From Verrucomicrobiota bacterium (GTDB taxonomy: Bacteria; Verrucomicrobiota; Verrucomicrobiia; Limisphaerales; Palsa-1400): a DNA stretch of 64,000 nucleotides. Within the stretch, counting starts at the first letter, position 1, and every line of letters begins with the position of its first letter. The position numbers were made by a program, and so were the translations under genes. The notes beneath the pieces are model-generated. The model had not been told where the DNA came from. It was given only the letters and a program-made list of their open reading frames with translations, and did no database searches. The stretch spans positions 12,783 to 76,782 of the forward strand of contig JBEKVM010000029.1 of assembly GCA_049513975.1 (NCBI GenBank), given 5' to 3'. This document shows positions 28,374-35,819 of this stretch, piece by piece.

Positions 28374-29637
28374 ATTTTGCCACTTTTGACCCATTGTGAC
28401 AGACAGGGACAAAAGGGGACTTTACCCCCGTAAACAAAGGACTTTTTTCACTTTCCGCCATCACCGGCAAAGTGACAATCGTTGACAGCAAATGACCCGC
28501 TTTGACCAGAGTTTGTGTGTCTAGTTGTGTGTCATCCGCCCCAGGGGTTTCCGCGCGATGGAAGCTCAGTTTCTGAATGGCCTCTTTCAACGGCAGCATT
28601 CGCGCATCGGTGTATGTCTTCGCCGTCTGGCTTGGGTCACGGTGCCTCATCAGCGCCATCCGCACGCGCTCGCTCGGTGTCCCTGGCGCAAGCTGCGTGC
28701 AGAACGTGACGCGGAAGCTGTGGAAGTCCAGCCGCCCGTCACCAGTGTCTTTCCAGTCAATTCCCGCCGCCTGCAAGTCCGCATAAAAGCGTTTGTAACC
28801 GGGGAACATCCCCTTGAAAATCAGTTGGTCCTGACTGCACGACGCGGGCTTGAGCTTCATCAATGCCGCCACAAGGTCAGGATGCAACGGCAGATCATCC
28901 TCGTAATGATTCTTGGAGATAGTCGCAGAGACGGTGATTCTCGGGTCCGCACCATCCAGCACCACGTCAGCCCACCGCAATTGCTTGATTTCGCCTCTGC
29001 GAATGCCCGTCAGCACCGCCAACAAGTAAATCGCCGCACGGCTCCCGGCGACGGCCAGCAGGCGCTGAATCTCCTCTGCCGTGTAAGACCGCCGCGCCCG
29101 TTTCTGGCGGCCTTGCACCCGCAGCAGTTCCACTTTCGCCAGCGGATTCCGTGCGATAAAACCCAAACGCTCCGCCCACTTGAGAAACGCCCGCATTGCC
29201 ACGAGATATTCGTTCAGGGTCTTTGGCGCTTTCTCCTGCTTTTGCCGCCACAGTTGAAACGACTCCGCGTTCACATCTTTGAAGTGTTCCCAGGCGCAAT
29301 CCCTCATCAGCGAGCCGACATAATTTTCCACGCCTTGCACGTATCGTTTCACACAACCGCTGGTTTTAAGCTCTTGGACGAAAACCGCAAAATGCCCCGC
29401 CAGGGGTCTTCCCGCCGCTTCCCGCATTTTCTCCGGCGCAATCAAGCCAACCGATTCTTGACTGTGATCTTTCAATATCTGTTGAAGTTTCTGGTCCGCC
29501 GAGCGCGGTTCCGTGACCTCAAGCGGAATGTCCCTCATCCTGTGTTCGCCGGGAAAGCGGACACGCGCCCGATATAACCGGGCATAAACCACCTTGCCGT
29601 TGCGCCGACGTTTTGGCCGATAAATGTAGGCAATCAT
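28309..29637 (-). CDS. Tyrosine recombinase / phage integrase
   Basis: R..HxxR..Y pattern (HSFRVTF..., LMRHRD...KTYTD). The last about 25 codons are read-through across the tRNA (WSERQDLNL), so the true 3' end is uncertain. Confidence 0.85.
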   Translation of the reverse strand: MIAYIYRPKRRRNGKVVYARLYRARVRFPGEHRMRDIPLEVTEPRSADQKLQQILKDHSQESVGLIAPEKMREAAGRPLAGHFAVFVQELKTSGCVKRYVQGVENYVGSLMRDCAWEHFKDVNAESFQLWRQKQEKAPKTLNEYLVAMRAFLKWAERLGFIARNPLAKVELLRVQGRQKRARRSYTAEEIQRLLAVAGSRAAIYLLAVLTGIRRGEIKQLRWADVVLDGADPRITVSATISKNHYEDDLPLHPDLVAALMKLKPASCSQDQLIFKGMFPGYKRFYADLQAAGIDWKDTGDGRLDFHSFRVTFCTQLAPGTPSERVRMALMRHRDPSQTAKTYTDARMLPLKEAIQKLSFHRAETPGADDTQLDTQTLVKAGHLLSTIVTLPVMAESEKSPLFTGVKSPFVPVCHNGSKVAKWSERQDLNLRRLGPKPSALPG

Positions 29638-29861
29638 ATTTTGCTCCTCTGGGGGAAATTCCCCCTTTGCTCGCGCATCCGCTCAAGAAACGCCTCAATA
29701 TCGCTTTGCATCAATCCCACCGCGCGGCCCACCCTCACCAAATGCGGCAGTTCGCCCCGGTCCGTCATCCGCCGCACCGACCGCACGCAAACACCCAGGC
29801 TGGCCGCAACCTCTCGCAATCTCATAACCCGGTCCAGTTTCTTTTCGCCTTCACCATTCAT
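29634..29861 (-). CDS. AlpA/excisionase-like helix-turn-helix protein
   Basis: MRLREVAASLGVCVRSVRRMTDRGELPHLVRVGRAV.. Overlaps the integrase start by 4 nt. Confidence 0.7.
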   Translation of the reverse strand: MNGEGEKKLDRVMRLREVAASLGVCVRSVRRMTDRGELPHLVRVGRAVGLMQSDIEAFLERMREQRGNFPQRSKI

Positions 29862-29877
29862 TTTTATCCTTTCATAC

Positions 29878-30393
29878 TCAAACCACCAGCCGACTTTCCA
29901 GATACGGCTTGGCCTTCTGCCGGGTTTCCGTGTTGATACAAAACCACTTCGCCCGAAGAATTCTGTCCGCCGACACGACATCCTCTTTCAGGAACAGCTT
30001 GGCACCCAGCCGGCCAAGCGGATTCCCAATGGCCTTGTCAATGTGACTCTCGTAAGCGACCCGGCTCTTGAACAAAAAGGCGAATGCCTCGGATTTCACC
30101 CAATTGGCAATGATCCGCGCGGAAGGCTCGATTGTGTCAAAAAACGCATTCCAACTCTTTTTGGGGTCGTTGAGCGCCTTCGTGATCGTGACGGCGCTTA
30201 ATTTGACGCCCTGTTCTTCCAGCAGGAACCGGCTGATTGCCCGCGCACTCATTCTTTGCGACGCCTCGAAAAGAAACGGGAACATTTCGATCACCAGCCC
30301 GCGATGGGCGGTGAACTCTGTTGATTTTGCGTGCCCGACCAATTTCAGGCCGATGTCAGTCGCACTCGTTGTTTTTTGATGGTCTTGTGCCAT
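29878..30393 (-). CDS. Hypothetical protein (island cargo)
   Basis: 171-aa ORF on the same strand as the island genes. No motif recognised. Confidence 0.45.
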   Translation of the reverse strand: MAQDHQKTTSATDIGLKLVGHAKSTEFTAHRGLVIEMFPFLFEASQRMSARAISRFLLEEQGVKLSAVTITKALNDPKKSWNAFFDTIEPSARIIANWVKSEAFAFLFKSRVAYESHIDKAIGNPLGRLGAKLFLKEDVVSADRILRAKWFCINTETRQKAKPYLESRLVV

Positions 30394-30580
30394 ATTGTTG
30401 GTGATCTTAACACCCTTATCAACCTTGTCAACCCCCTATTTTCAACAATTTTAAACACCGAGACCATGCCGCCACCCCCACCTCTGATAAAGGCATTTTC
30501 CCCGCGGCTCGTTCCCGTGTCGTCATCCGGCTTGCTAAAGGCAAGAAGGCCAAGCCGGATGCCAACACGCGAACGCTCCG

Positions 30581-30773
30581 CCCCGACAAGTGCCTGGTGG
30601 TGAAGTCGCTGGATTCCAGCTTGCGCCCTGTTTCCCCTTCGCAACATGGAATCCACCGCCATCACCACCAGGGAGTTGAAGGCAGCGCGGGCAGGCCGCT
30701 TTTGCGGGTCTCAATGATGTTTTCCGCTGTCGCGGAGGGGGAGAAATCAGACTGTGCCGTCACTCCATCTCCG
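30581..30773. repeat. R-module copy 2
   Basis: See 22394..22600. Confidence 0.7.
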
Positions 30774-30922
30774 AGGCCGCGAGGGACGATAACGCACGGA
30801 TGACGCCTAACACGGAAAGCTGAACCACCGCCGACTCGCGACGTGAGCCGCGTTAGCGAAACGGCAAGCGCCACCGGCGGTTCGCTCCGGCGACTTCGTT
30901 AGCCCACGGTGTCTTCACATTT

Positions 30923-31165
30923 CTAATGTCTCTTCCGCTCCCGGTCATAGTGCAGCTTCGTCGCAAAAGCCGCGACCACCAGAATCGGAACAGTGGCGAG
31001 AAGCCAAGGCAGTTCACGAGCGCCGAAGAGGGCCAGTGCGGCGAAGACGCCGATGACAAAATAGACACTCTCCCGACGATAACAGCACTGGCGATAGCTG
31101 CGACCGGAAGAACAAGCACAAGGCTCAATGAACTTCTTCGCCAGCCATGCCTTCGGACTTTTCAT
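30923..31165 (-). CDS. Small membrane protein with SEC-C-type Cys motif
   Basis: CACSSGRSYRQCC followed by two hydrophobic helices. Confidence 0.45.
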   Translation of the reverse strand: MKSPKAWLAKKFIEPCACSSGRSYRQCCYRRESVYFVIGVFAALALFGARELPWLLATVPILVVAAFATKLHYDRERKRH

Positions 31166-31287
31166 TGCAGTGTGCTTGGTGGCCTAAAGAAAAAAGCTGA
31201 ACCACCGCCGACCCGTGACGTGAACCGCGACAGCAGCACGAAAAGCGCCAACGGCGGTTGGCTCCGGCGACTTGTTTGGCGATGGGG

Positions 31288-31563
31288 TCATGACCTGAGT
31301 TCCGTGATGGCATAATAACCATACCTACCCAGTAAAATAATGGGGAAAACGCATAGGAGGCCTGCAACAACTCGCTGCCACATCACACCGTGGCGTAGCA
31401 CCGGAGCAACAAATAGCAATGCGAGACCGGCAAGTCCAAGATTCTCAAAATACCAAGAATCCGGATTTCTGTAGTCCTTAATGATGTAGCTAATGCGGCT
31501 CCAAAGAAACCACTGAACCGCGATGGCCCCAACGAACGCGAAAAGTGGATAGTTCTTTCTCAT
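31288..31563 (-). CDS. Small polytopic membrane protein
   Basis: 91 aa with three hydrophobic segments, AT-richer sequence. Confidence 0.45.
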   Translation of the reverse strand: MRKNYPLFAFVGAIAVQWFLWSRISYIIKDYRNPDSWYFENLGLAGLALLFVAPVLRHGVMWQRVVAGLLCVFPIILLGRYGYYAITELRS

Positions 31564-31566
31564 CCC

Positions 31567-31722
31567 AGAAGGATGTCGCCGCCGGCACCCAAAATCAAGC
31601 CTTTAATGCCGTTAATGCAGTTGTTCGTTTCAAATCAGCAGAGGGAACAACCGCTTTGCACCGGCCTGCCGAAGCCGGGGCACCGAACCGAGCAACGCCG
31701 GAATCCGCTCCATCCAAAATTC
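31567..31722. repeat. S-module copy 2 (Rep 3' end plus conserved leader)
   Basis: See 24001..24147. Confidence 0.7.
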
Positions 31723-32937
31723 AACGCCAGCAAATAGTTTGACAGTGAAATCCCGCGAGAACAACTGCCCCTTCCGCATCTTCGCCCGTTTCTCCTTCGG
31801 ACAGGTCGCCATGCGGTAACGGCGCATCACCCGGCGCAGTTTCAACGCCTGCCCGTTCGTCAACTCCAGTACATCCCGCCGACCGAGAGGCAGATTCTTG
31901 CGGCCAACAATGCCCCAAAACCGACCCGGCTTCGCGGACCAAATGCACTCGCCAATCTTCGCAACATACTTCTTCGCCGCGTACGCGAAGGCCCCACGCT
32001 TCGAGCCAAGCGTCTGAACCGACGTGCCCGCACGATAATGCTTCACCTCGCCGCTCCCAACCACGTCAAACCAATTCCGCGCAAACCAATTCGCAATCGA
32101 ATCTCCGTTCACCACAGACGGACACTTGCCATGCGGCTCCACACGAATGGCACACCATTCCTCGCGCTCATCCACCAAGGCACTGTGACCCTCCACCCAT
32201 TCGCCCCCGGCCAAAACATCCTCATCCCACACAACCACAAGTCCAATCATTCGGCGGCGCAAACGAACTTGCTCGGTCCGCATGGTCTTCCACTCGAAAC
32301 CCCACGGCACGCCCCAGACAAACGCATGGATATGCGGCGCGATCTTCCCCTTGTTCACCCCGCTTTTGCGAGGTTGAAATTCTAGCTTCCACATCAAACA
32401 GCCGTCAGGAAACCGACGGGCGAACCGCTTTGACATCGTATCAATGTGCCGCTTCACCTGTTCGCCATCCCAGGCGTAACGGTCAAACTCATCAGGATAC
32501 GTCAGACCCGCCATGAACGGCACCGCGCCATCTTCCACCTTCGCCAAGTAATCCAACATCCGCCGCCGTGACGCCGCCGTGAACTCCTCAATTTCGCCAC
32601 GCTCACCACCGCGACGCTCAGGCCCGCGCAAATGTCCCTCAGAACGGCACCGCAATTCCATGAAGCTCGCGTTGCGATAAACTTGCAACATGCCCTTGCT
32701 CGTATTTCGCGGTGAATTATGCACCTTAGACAAGCCAGGGCGAACGCATGTGGTCGGCGGCCAGGCGGCCGGTGAACCGTCCACCTGGCCACCGACCCGC
32801 ATTGCGGCGACAACGGCGGCAGCCTGCTCGAATGTAGTGACCGGGGAGGAATCGAAGGAATCATTGCGCACAATCCACCCCCAAACGCGACGCCCCAAGG
32901 AAAGTTGGCCCTCCCGCATCGTCCGTTGACACCACAT
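31630..32937 (-). CDS. Putative HUH-type rolling-circle replication initiator
   Basis: HUH-like APHIHAFVWG and Tyr motif AFAYAAKKYVAK. The start codon is not resolved. Confidence 0.55.
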   Translation of the reverse strand: MWCQRTMREGQLSLGRRVWGWIVRNDSFDSSPVTTFEQAAAVVAAMRVGGQVDGSPAAWPPTTCVRPGLSKVHNSPRNTSKGMLQVYRNASFMELRCRSEGHLRGPERRGGERGEIEEFTAASRRRMLDYLAKVEDGAVPFMAGLTYPDEFDRYAWDGEQVKRHIDTMSKRFARRFPDGCLMWKLEFQPRKSGVNKGKIAPHIHAFVWGVPWGFEWKTMRTEQVRLRRRMIGLVVVWDEDVLAGGEWVEGHSALVDEREEWCAIRVEPHGKCPSVVNGDSIANWFARNWFDVVGSGEVKHYRAGTSVQTLGSKRGAFAYAAKKYVAKIGECIWSAKPGRFWGIVGRKNLPLGRRDVLELTNGQALKLRRVMRRYRMATCPKEKRAKMRKGQLFSRDFTVKLFAGVEFWMERIPALLGSVPRLRQAGAKRLFPLLI

Positions 32938-33193
32938 TCCGCCGCAGAACCGGCGAGCAAAATGGCTCGCTGTCCGGTTCTGCTCGTTCTATTTCGCCGC
33001 CGTGCCGCCCTGGTATCACTGGCCCCCCTTGTCTGTGGCCGTGCTGGCAATGGCGAGGATTGCCACTTTGAGCGCCGCGTTGAGCCGGGGCCATGCCTTG
33101 ACTACTTGGGACAGGTCATGTAAGGAAGTGACCGGAGTTTGTGAGTCTCCTTGTGAGTCTCGCGTTGTAACTCCTTGATTATCAGCAGGCGGA

Positions 33194-33221
33194 GGCAGGT
33201 TCAAATCCTGTCGCTCCGACC
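33194..33221 (+). repeat. attR: duplicated tRNA-Pro 3' end
   Basis: Identical 28 bp to 28346..28373. Confidence 0.9.
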
Positions 33222-33346
33222 ACTTCATGACCCAGGGCTGGGGTTGGATTACCGGGTCGCCCGATCTGCAAATTCGCTCTTGCAGTTGGGTCGCTTTGAA
33301 TTGACAGCTTGGGAGAGCGAGCTTTTTGGCCCGCCCTCCCGGTGTT

Positions 33347-33931
33347 TTATTCCTTCACGAACAGCCTCCATTCGGGAATGCGGTGGGCGTTGCGGATGAG
33401 GGCGGAGGCCGGCAGCTCCTTGGGCGCGCGCGGCACGCGGAGCAATTTCAAGCCGGCTTCGTGGGGAAGGCGGTTGCCTTTGCGGGCGTTGACGTCTTTG
33501 CCGGCCCAAACCAGATTTTCCCAGGCGTTCTTGCCGCCGCGCGAACGGGGCAGGACGTGATCGAGGCTGCCATCTTCAGGGCGCAGGACGCGGCCGGTGT
33601 ATTGGCAGCGGTTGCCGTCGCGCTCGCGGATGGCGCGGGCGCAGAGCTTCGGGCGCTTCTTGGGCACCTTGGCGTAATTGACCGCGACGATGACCGTGGG
33701 CACACGGACCGGACCGCGGACGGTCCGCACGGCGTTGTCCTGCGGACGAATGGGCAGCGTGATCCACTCGTCCCAGGTCACGGGACGGATGTGGTTTTGG
33801 CCTTCGATGTCCAGAGCGGTCGCCACGTTGGTGGCCATCATGCAGAAGGCCTCCTGCGGCGTGCGAACGTTGACGGCCTGCCAGTTGCGGTTGAGCACCA
33901 GCACGAGCGATTTGTTCAGTATGTCATTCAT
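33347..33931 (-). CDS. HNH endonuclease
   Basis: Start MNDILNKS (ATG at 33931). HNH core CQYTG....LDHVLPRSRGGKNAWENLVWAGKDVNARKGN. Same strand as, and immediately downstream of, the tRNA-like array. Confidence 0.8.
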   Translation of the reverse strand: MNDILNKSLVLVLNRNWQAVNVRTPQEAFCMMATNVATALDIEGQNHIRPVTWDEWITLPIRPQDNAVRTVRGPVRVPTVIVAVNYAKVPKKRPKLCARAIRERDGNRCQYTGRVLRPEDGSLDHVLPRSRGGKNAWENLVWAGKDVNARKGNRLPHEAGLKLLRVPRAPKELPASALIRNAHRIPEWRLFVKE

Positions 33932-33937
33932 AAATTC

Positions 33938-34027
33938 AGTGATGAGTGGAGAGTGGAGAGTGATGAATGAAAAACCCGGCACTCCGCATTTCCCACTCTG
34001 CGCCCTGCACTCCCGACTCTGCATTTT
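33938..34027. repeat. Heptad-repeat hairpin a
   Basis: GAGTGGA/GAGTGAT/GAATGAA heptads face CACTCTG/CACTCCC/GACTCTG heptads. Confidence 0.7.
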
Positions 34028-34072
34028 CTTCCGGTGTTTGTTCTTTGTTGGTGCTTGCGCACAATTGGGAAT

Positions 34073-34147
34073 TGGCTGCCCCGCCTGGTTTTGCTCCAGG
34101 TCCTCCGGTTTCAGAGACCGGCGCACTCCTGAGTATGCAACGAGGCA
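34073..34147 (-). tRNA. tRNA-like Gln(CTG), CCA encoded
   Basis: TGCCTCG-TT-GCAT-ACTCAGGA-GTGC-G-CCGGT-CTCTGAA-ACCGG-AGGA-CCTGG-AGCAAAA-CCAGG-CGGGGCA-G-CCA. U1:A72 and G73. Confidence 0.7.
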
Positions 34148-34148
34148 A

Positions 34149-34222
34149 TGGTCGCCCGGGAAGGTTCTGCCCCTTCGATTTCTGGGTGTAGGCCGGACGT
34201 GATTCTATTTCACCACCGGGCG
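34149..34222 (-). tRNA. tRNA-like Val(TAC), CCA encoded
   Basis: CGCCCGG-TG-GTGA-AATAGAA-TCAC-G-TCCGG-CCTACAC-CCAGA-AATC-GAAGG-GGCAGAA-CCTTC-CCGGGCG-A-CCA. C33. Confidence 0.65.
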
Positions 34223-34240
34223 ATTTTGAGTTAAGAATTT

Positions 34241-34304
34241 GGAATGCGGAGTGCGGAATGAAGACGCCCCACTCTGCATTCTGCATTCTTCATTCTGCAT
34301 TTCC
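34241..34304. repeat. Heptad-repeat hairpin b
   Basis: GGAATGCGGAGTGCGGAATGAAGA...CTCTGCATTCTGCATTCTTCATTCTGCATTTCC. Confidence 0.75.
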
Positions 34305-34307
34305 GAG

Positions 34308-34381
34308 TGGCTGCCGGGGCTGGAGTTGCACCAACATATGCGCCTTCAAAGGGCGCTGTCCTACGATTAGACGACCCGGCA
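34308..34381 (-). tRNA. tRNA-like Gln(TTG), CCA encoded
   Basis: TGCCGGG-TC-GTCT-AATCGTA-GGAC-A-GCGCC-CTTTGAA-GGCGC-ATAT-GTTGG-TGCAACT-CCAGC-CCCGGCA-G-CCA. U1:A72 and G73. Confidence 0.75.
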
Positions 34382-34390
34382 AATGGGAAA

Positions 34391-34469
34391 TGATGAAGGA
34401 TGGAGGATGAAGGAAGAATTGAGGGCCGCTGCGATGTTTTGACTTCATCCTTCTTCCTTCATCCTTCTT
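34391..34469. repeat. Heptad-repeat hairpin c
   Basis: GATGAAGGATGGAGGATGAAGGAAGAA...TTCATCCTTCTTCCTTCATCCTTCTT. Confidence 0.75.
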
Positions 34470-34479
34470 ACTGGAAGAG

Positions 34480-34553
34480 TGGTGGCCCGCCAGGGTAACG
34501 CTCCCTGTTCAACGGCTTAAAAGACCGTTGCATCACTTTAATGCTTGCAGGCC
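34480..34553 (-). tRNA. tRNA-like Lys(TTT), CCA encoded
   Basis: GGCCTGC-AA-GCAT-TAAAGTG-ATGC-A-ACGGT-CTTTTAA-GCCGT-TGAA-CAGGG-AGCGTTA-CCCTG-GCGGGCC-A-CCA. A8. Confidence 0.75.
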
Positions 34554-34557
34554 ATGA

Positions 34558-34651
34558 CGATTGCGGATTGGCGATTGCGGATTGCGGATTTGAAGACAAA
34601 GGTCCGGCTGTCCGGGCGCGCTCTCAATTCGCAATTCGCAATCCGCAATTG
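34558..34651. repeat. Heptad-repeat hairpin d
   Basis: GATTGCGGATTGGCGATTGCGGATTGCGGATT...AATTCGCAATTCGCAATCCGCAATT. Confidence 0.75.
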
Positions 34652-34656
34652 AAAGA

Positions 34657-34728
34657 TGGAGCCTCCAGCCGGTGCTGCCCCGGCACGAATTCTTTACAAA
34701 AGAAATCCACAGGCTGCTGCATGGAGGC
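34657..34728 (-). tRNA. tRNA-like Thr(TGT), CCA encoded, reduced D-arm
   Basis: GCCTCCA-TG-CAGCAGCCTGTGGA-TTTCT-TTTGTAA-AGAAT-TCGT-GCCGG-GGCAGCA-CCGGC-TGGAGGC-T-CCA. Confidence 0.55.
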
Positions 34729-34766
34729 GCATTGGCTCGACGGGCCGTAGCTCGAAGAGCGAAGGC

Positions 34767-34838
34767 TGGTCGCAGTCCCCAGTGCTGCCCTGGGCAGAGC
34801 GGGCGTATGAAACCTGCCTGAGCGCTGGCTCGACTGCG
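34767..34838 (-). tRNA. tRNA-like with CAT anticodon (Met/Ile2 type), weak anticodon stem
   Basis: CGCAGTC-GA-GCCAGCGCTCAGG-CAGGT-TTCATAC-GCCCG-CTCTG-CCCAG-GGCAGCA-CTGGG-GACTGCG-A-CCA. Confidence 0.45.
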
Positions 34839-34883
34839 GTGGGCGAATGGCCGTCTTGGGGAAGGGCTTCACACGACCGAAAT

Positions 34884-34993
34884 TGGCGTCCCTGACCGGC
34901 TTTGCTCCCGCCTACGTTCAGATGCTACGGCGGGCAAGCCGGTGATCTCCTGCATGAGAGGCAGGCGTGTTGGCTGGGCTACACTACAGGGAT
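34884..34993 (-). tRNA. tRNA-like Glu(CTC) with about 39-nt hairpin insertion in the T-loop
   Basis: ATCCCTG-TA-GTGT-AGCCCAGCCA-ACAC-G-CCTGC-CTCTCAT-GCAGG-AGATC-ACCGG-[39 nt, CCCGCC..GGCGGG hairpin]-CCGGT-CAGGGAC-G-CCA. Confidence 0.4.
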
Positions 34994-34998
34994 GGAAT

Positions 34999-35090
34999 TG
35001 GTGCGCGCGTCCGGTAACGCTCCGGAACCCGGCACTGATCTAGTGCGATGCGGGGTATAAAGCCGCCGGCTCTCTTTGAGCTACGCGCGC
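34999..35090 (-). tRNA. Class II (long variable arm) tRNA-like, anticodon ambiguous (TAT best fit, TTA alternative)
   Basis: GCGCGCG-TA-GCTC-AAAGA-GAGC-CG-GCGGC-TTTATAC-CCCGC-ATC-GCACT-AGATC-AGTGC-CGGGT-TCCGG-AGCGTTA-CCGGA-CGCGCGC-A-CCA. Confidence 0.5.
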
Positions 35091-35095
35091 GCAAA

Positions 35096-35183
35096 TGGCG
35101 GAATGCCGTGGAGTTGCGCCACATGCCCGAAGGCACGCACTCGTTAGCACCGAGGCCCGGCTCGCTCGTCCGGTTGACATTCC
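35096..35183 (-). tRNA. tRNA-like Ser(GCT), class II, CCA encoded
   Basis: GGAATGT-CAA-CCGG-ACGAGCGAG-CCGG-GC-CTCG-GTGCTAA-CGAG-TGC-GTGCC-TTCG-GGCA-TGTGG-CGCAACT-CCACG-GCATTCC-G-CCA. Confidence 0.65.
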
Positions 35184-35186
35184 AAA

Positions 35187-35261
35187 TGGTGCCCGTGGCA
35201 GGACTTGCGCCTGCACTGTCGAAGGTTTGAGCTTCGCGCCTCTGCCTTGGGCTACACGGGC
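35187..35261 (-). tRNA. tRNA-like Leu(CAA) with short (class I) variable loop
   Basis: GCCCGTG-TA-GCCC-AAGGCAG-AGGC-G-CGAAG-CTCAAAC-CTTCG-ACAGT-GCAGG-CGCAAGT-CCTGC-CACGGGC-A-CCA. Confidence 0.75.
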
Positions 35262-35264
35262 TGT

Positions 35265-35339
35265 TGGTGCCCACGGCCGGATTTGCACCGACACTGGGCG
35301 CGTTTTAAGTGCGCTGTCTCTGCGTTGGACTACATGGGC
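35265..35339 (-). tRNA. tRNA-like Leu(TAA) with short variable loop
   Basis: GCCCATG-TA-GTCC-AACGCAG-AGAC-A-GCGCA-CTTAAAA-CGCGC-CCAGT-GTCGG-TGCAAAT-CCGGC-CGTGGGC-A-CCA. Confidence 0.7.
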
Positions 35340-35343
35340 AAGT

Positions 35344-35419
35344 TGGTACCGCGTGAAGGAATTGCACCCTCAACCTTCCCGTTCTGAGCGGGACGCCTCT
35401 GCTGTTGGGCTAACGCGGC
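35344..35419 (-). tRNA. tRNA-like Leu(CAG) with short variable loop
   Basis: GCCGCGT-TA-GCCC-AACAGCAG-AGGC-G-TCCCG-CTCAGAA-CGGGA-AGGTT-GAGGG-TGCAATT-CCTTC-ACGCGGT-A-CCA. Confidence 0.75.
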
Positions 35420-35425
35420 CTGGAT

Positions 35426-35501
35426 TGGCACTCCCGGAAGGACTCTCACCCTCATCTTCGACGTTCGAAGCGTCGCGCTCTGGTGATTGAGCTACGGGAG
35501 C
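35426..35501 (-). tRNA. tRNA-like Arg(TCG), CCA encoded
   Basis: GCTCCCG-TA-GCTC-AATCACCA-GAGC-G-CGACG-CTTCGAA-CGTCG-AAGAT-GAGGG-TGAGAGT-CCTTC-CGGGAGT-G-CCA. Confidence 0.75.
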
Positions 35502-35503
35502 GG

Positions 35504-35610
35504 GAAGAAGTGCAAAATGCGGAATGCAGAATGCAGAATGAAATGCCGCACACCATGCCTTGCCTTCGGGATGGTCTCACTCTGCATTCTTCACTCTCAA
35601 TTCTCCATTC
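35504..35610. repeat. Heptad-repeat hairpin e
   Basis: GAAGTGCAAAATGCGGAATGCAGAATGCAGAATGAAATG...CACTCTGCATTCTTCACTCTCAATTCTCCATTC. Confidence 0.75.
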
Positions 35611-35614
35611 GAAA

Positions 35615-35689
35615 TGGTGGGTTGCCGCGGAATTGCACCGCGTTCTCGCCGGTTAAGAGCCGGGACTTCACTGTAAAAGTTTGCAACCC
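35615..35689 (-). tRNA. tRNA-like Lys(CTT), CCA encoded
   Basis: GGGTTGC-AA-ACTT-TTACAGTG-AAGT-CCCGG-CTCTTAA-CCGGC-GAGAA-CGCGG-TGCAATT-CCGCG-GCAACCC-A-CCA. A8. Confidence 0.7.
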
Positions 35690-35691
35690 GG

Positions 35692-35768
35692 ACGCGACGC
35701 GATGGCGGAGTTGAACCGCCGCAGCCAGGTCTGTGAGGCCCTTGCCGGCACCGGTGTTCGCGTCGCGT
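35692..35768 (-). other. Hairpin element: 11-bp closing stem enclosing a T-arm with a canonical-type loop, not a cloverleaf
   Basis: Plus-strand arms ACGCGACGCGA (35692..35702) and TCGCGTCGCGT (35758..35768) pair. The minus sense contains GGCGG-TTCAACT-CCGCC. No anticodon arm could be found. Confidence 0.4.
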
Positions 35769-35819
35769 AAGTAATAATCGTCGTTGTTGATTGTCTCCAA
35801 AGGACGTAACAATCCAGGC

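Larger units (their letters stand above)
28346..33221. mobile_element. Integrative element inserted in the tRNA-Pro 3' end
   Basis: A 28-bp direct repeat GCAGGTTCAAATCCTGTCGCTCCGACCA at 28346..28373 and 33194..33221 brackets an integrase, an excisionase-like protein, cargo genes and a Rep-like gene. Confidence 0.85.

Noticed and set aside
33016-33228. ORF MKWSERQDLNL... and the matching C-terminal tail of the integrase ORF.
   Set aside because: Both are translations of the reverse complement of the tRNA-Pro 3' end (att repeat), not independent coding sequence.
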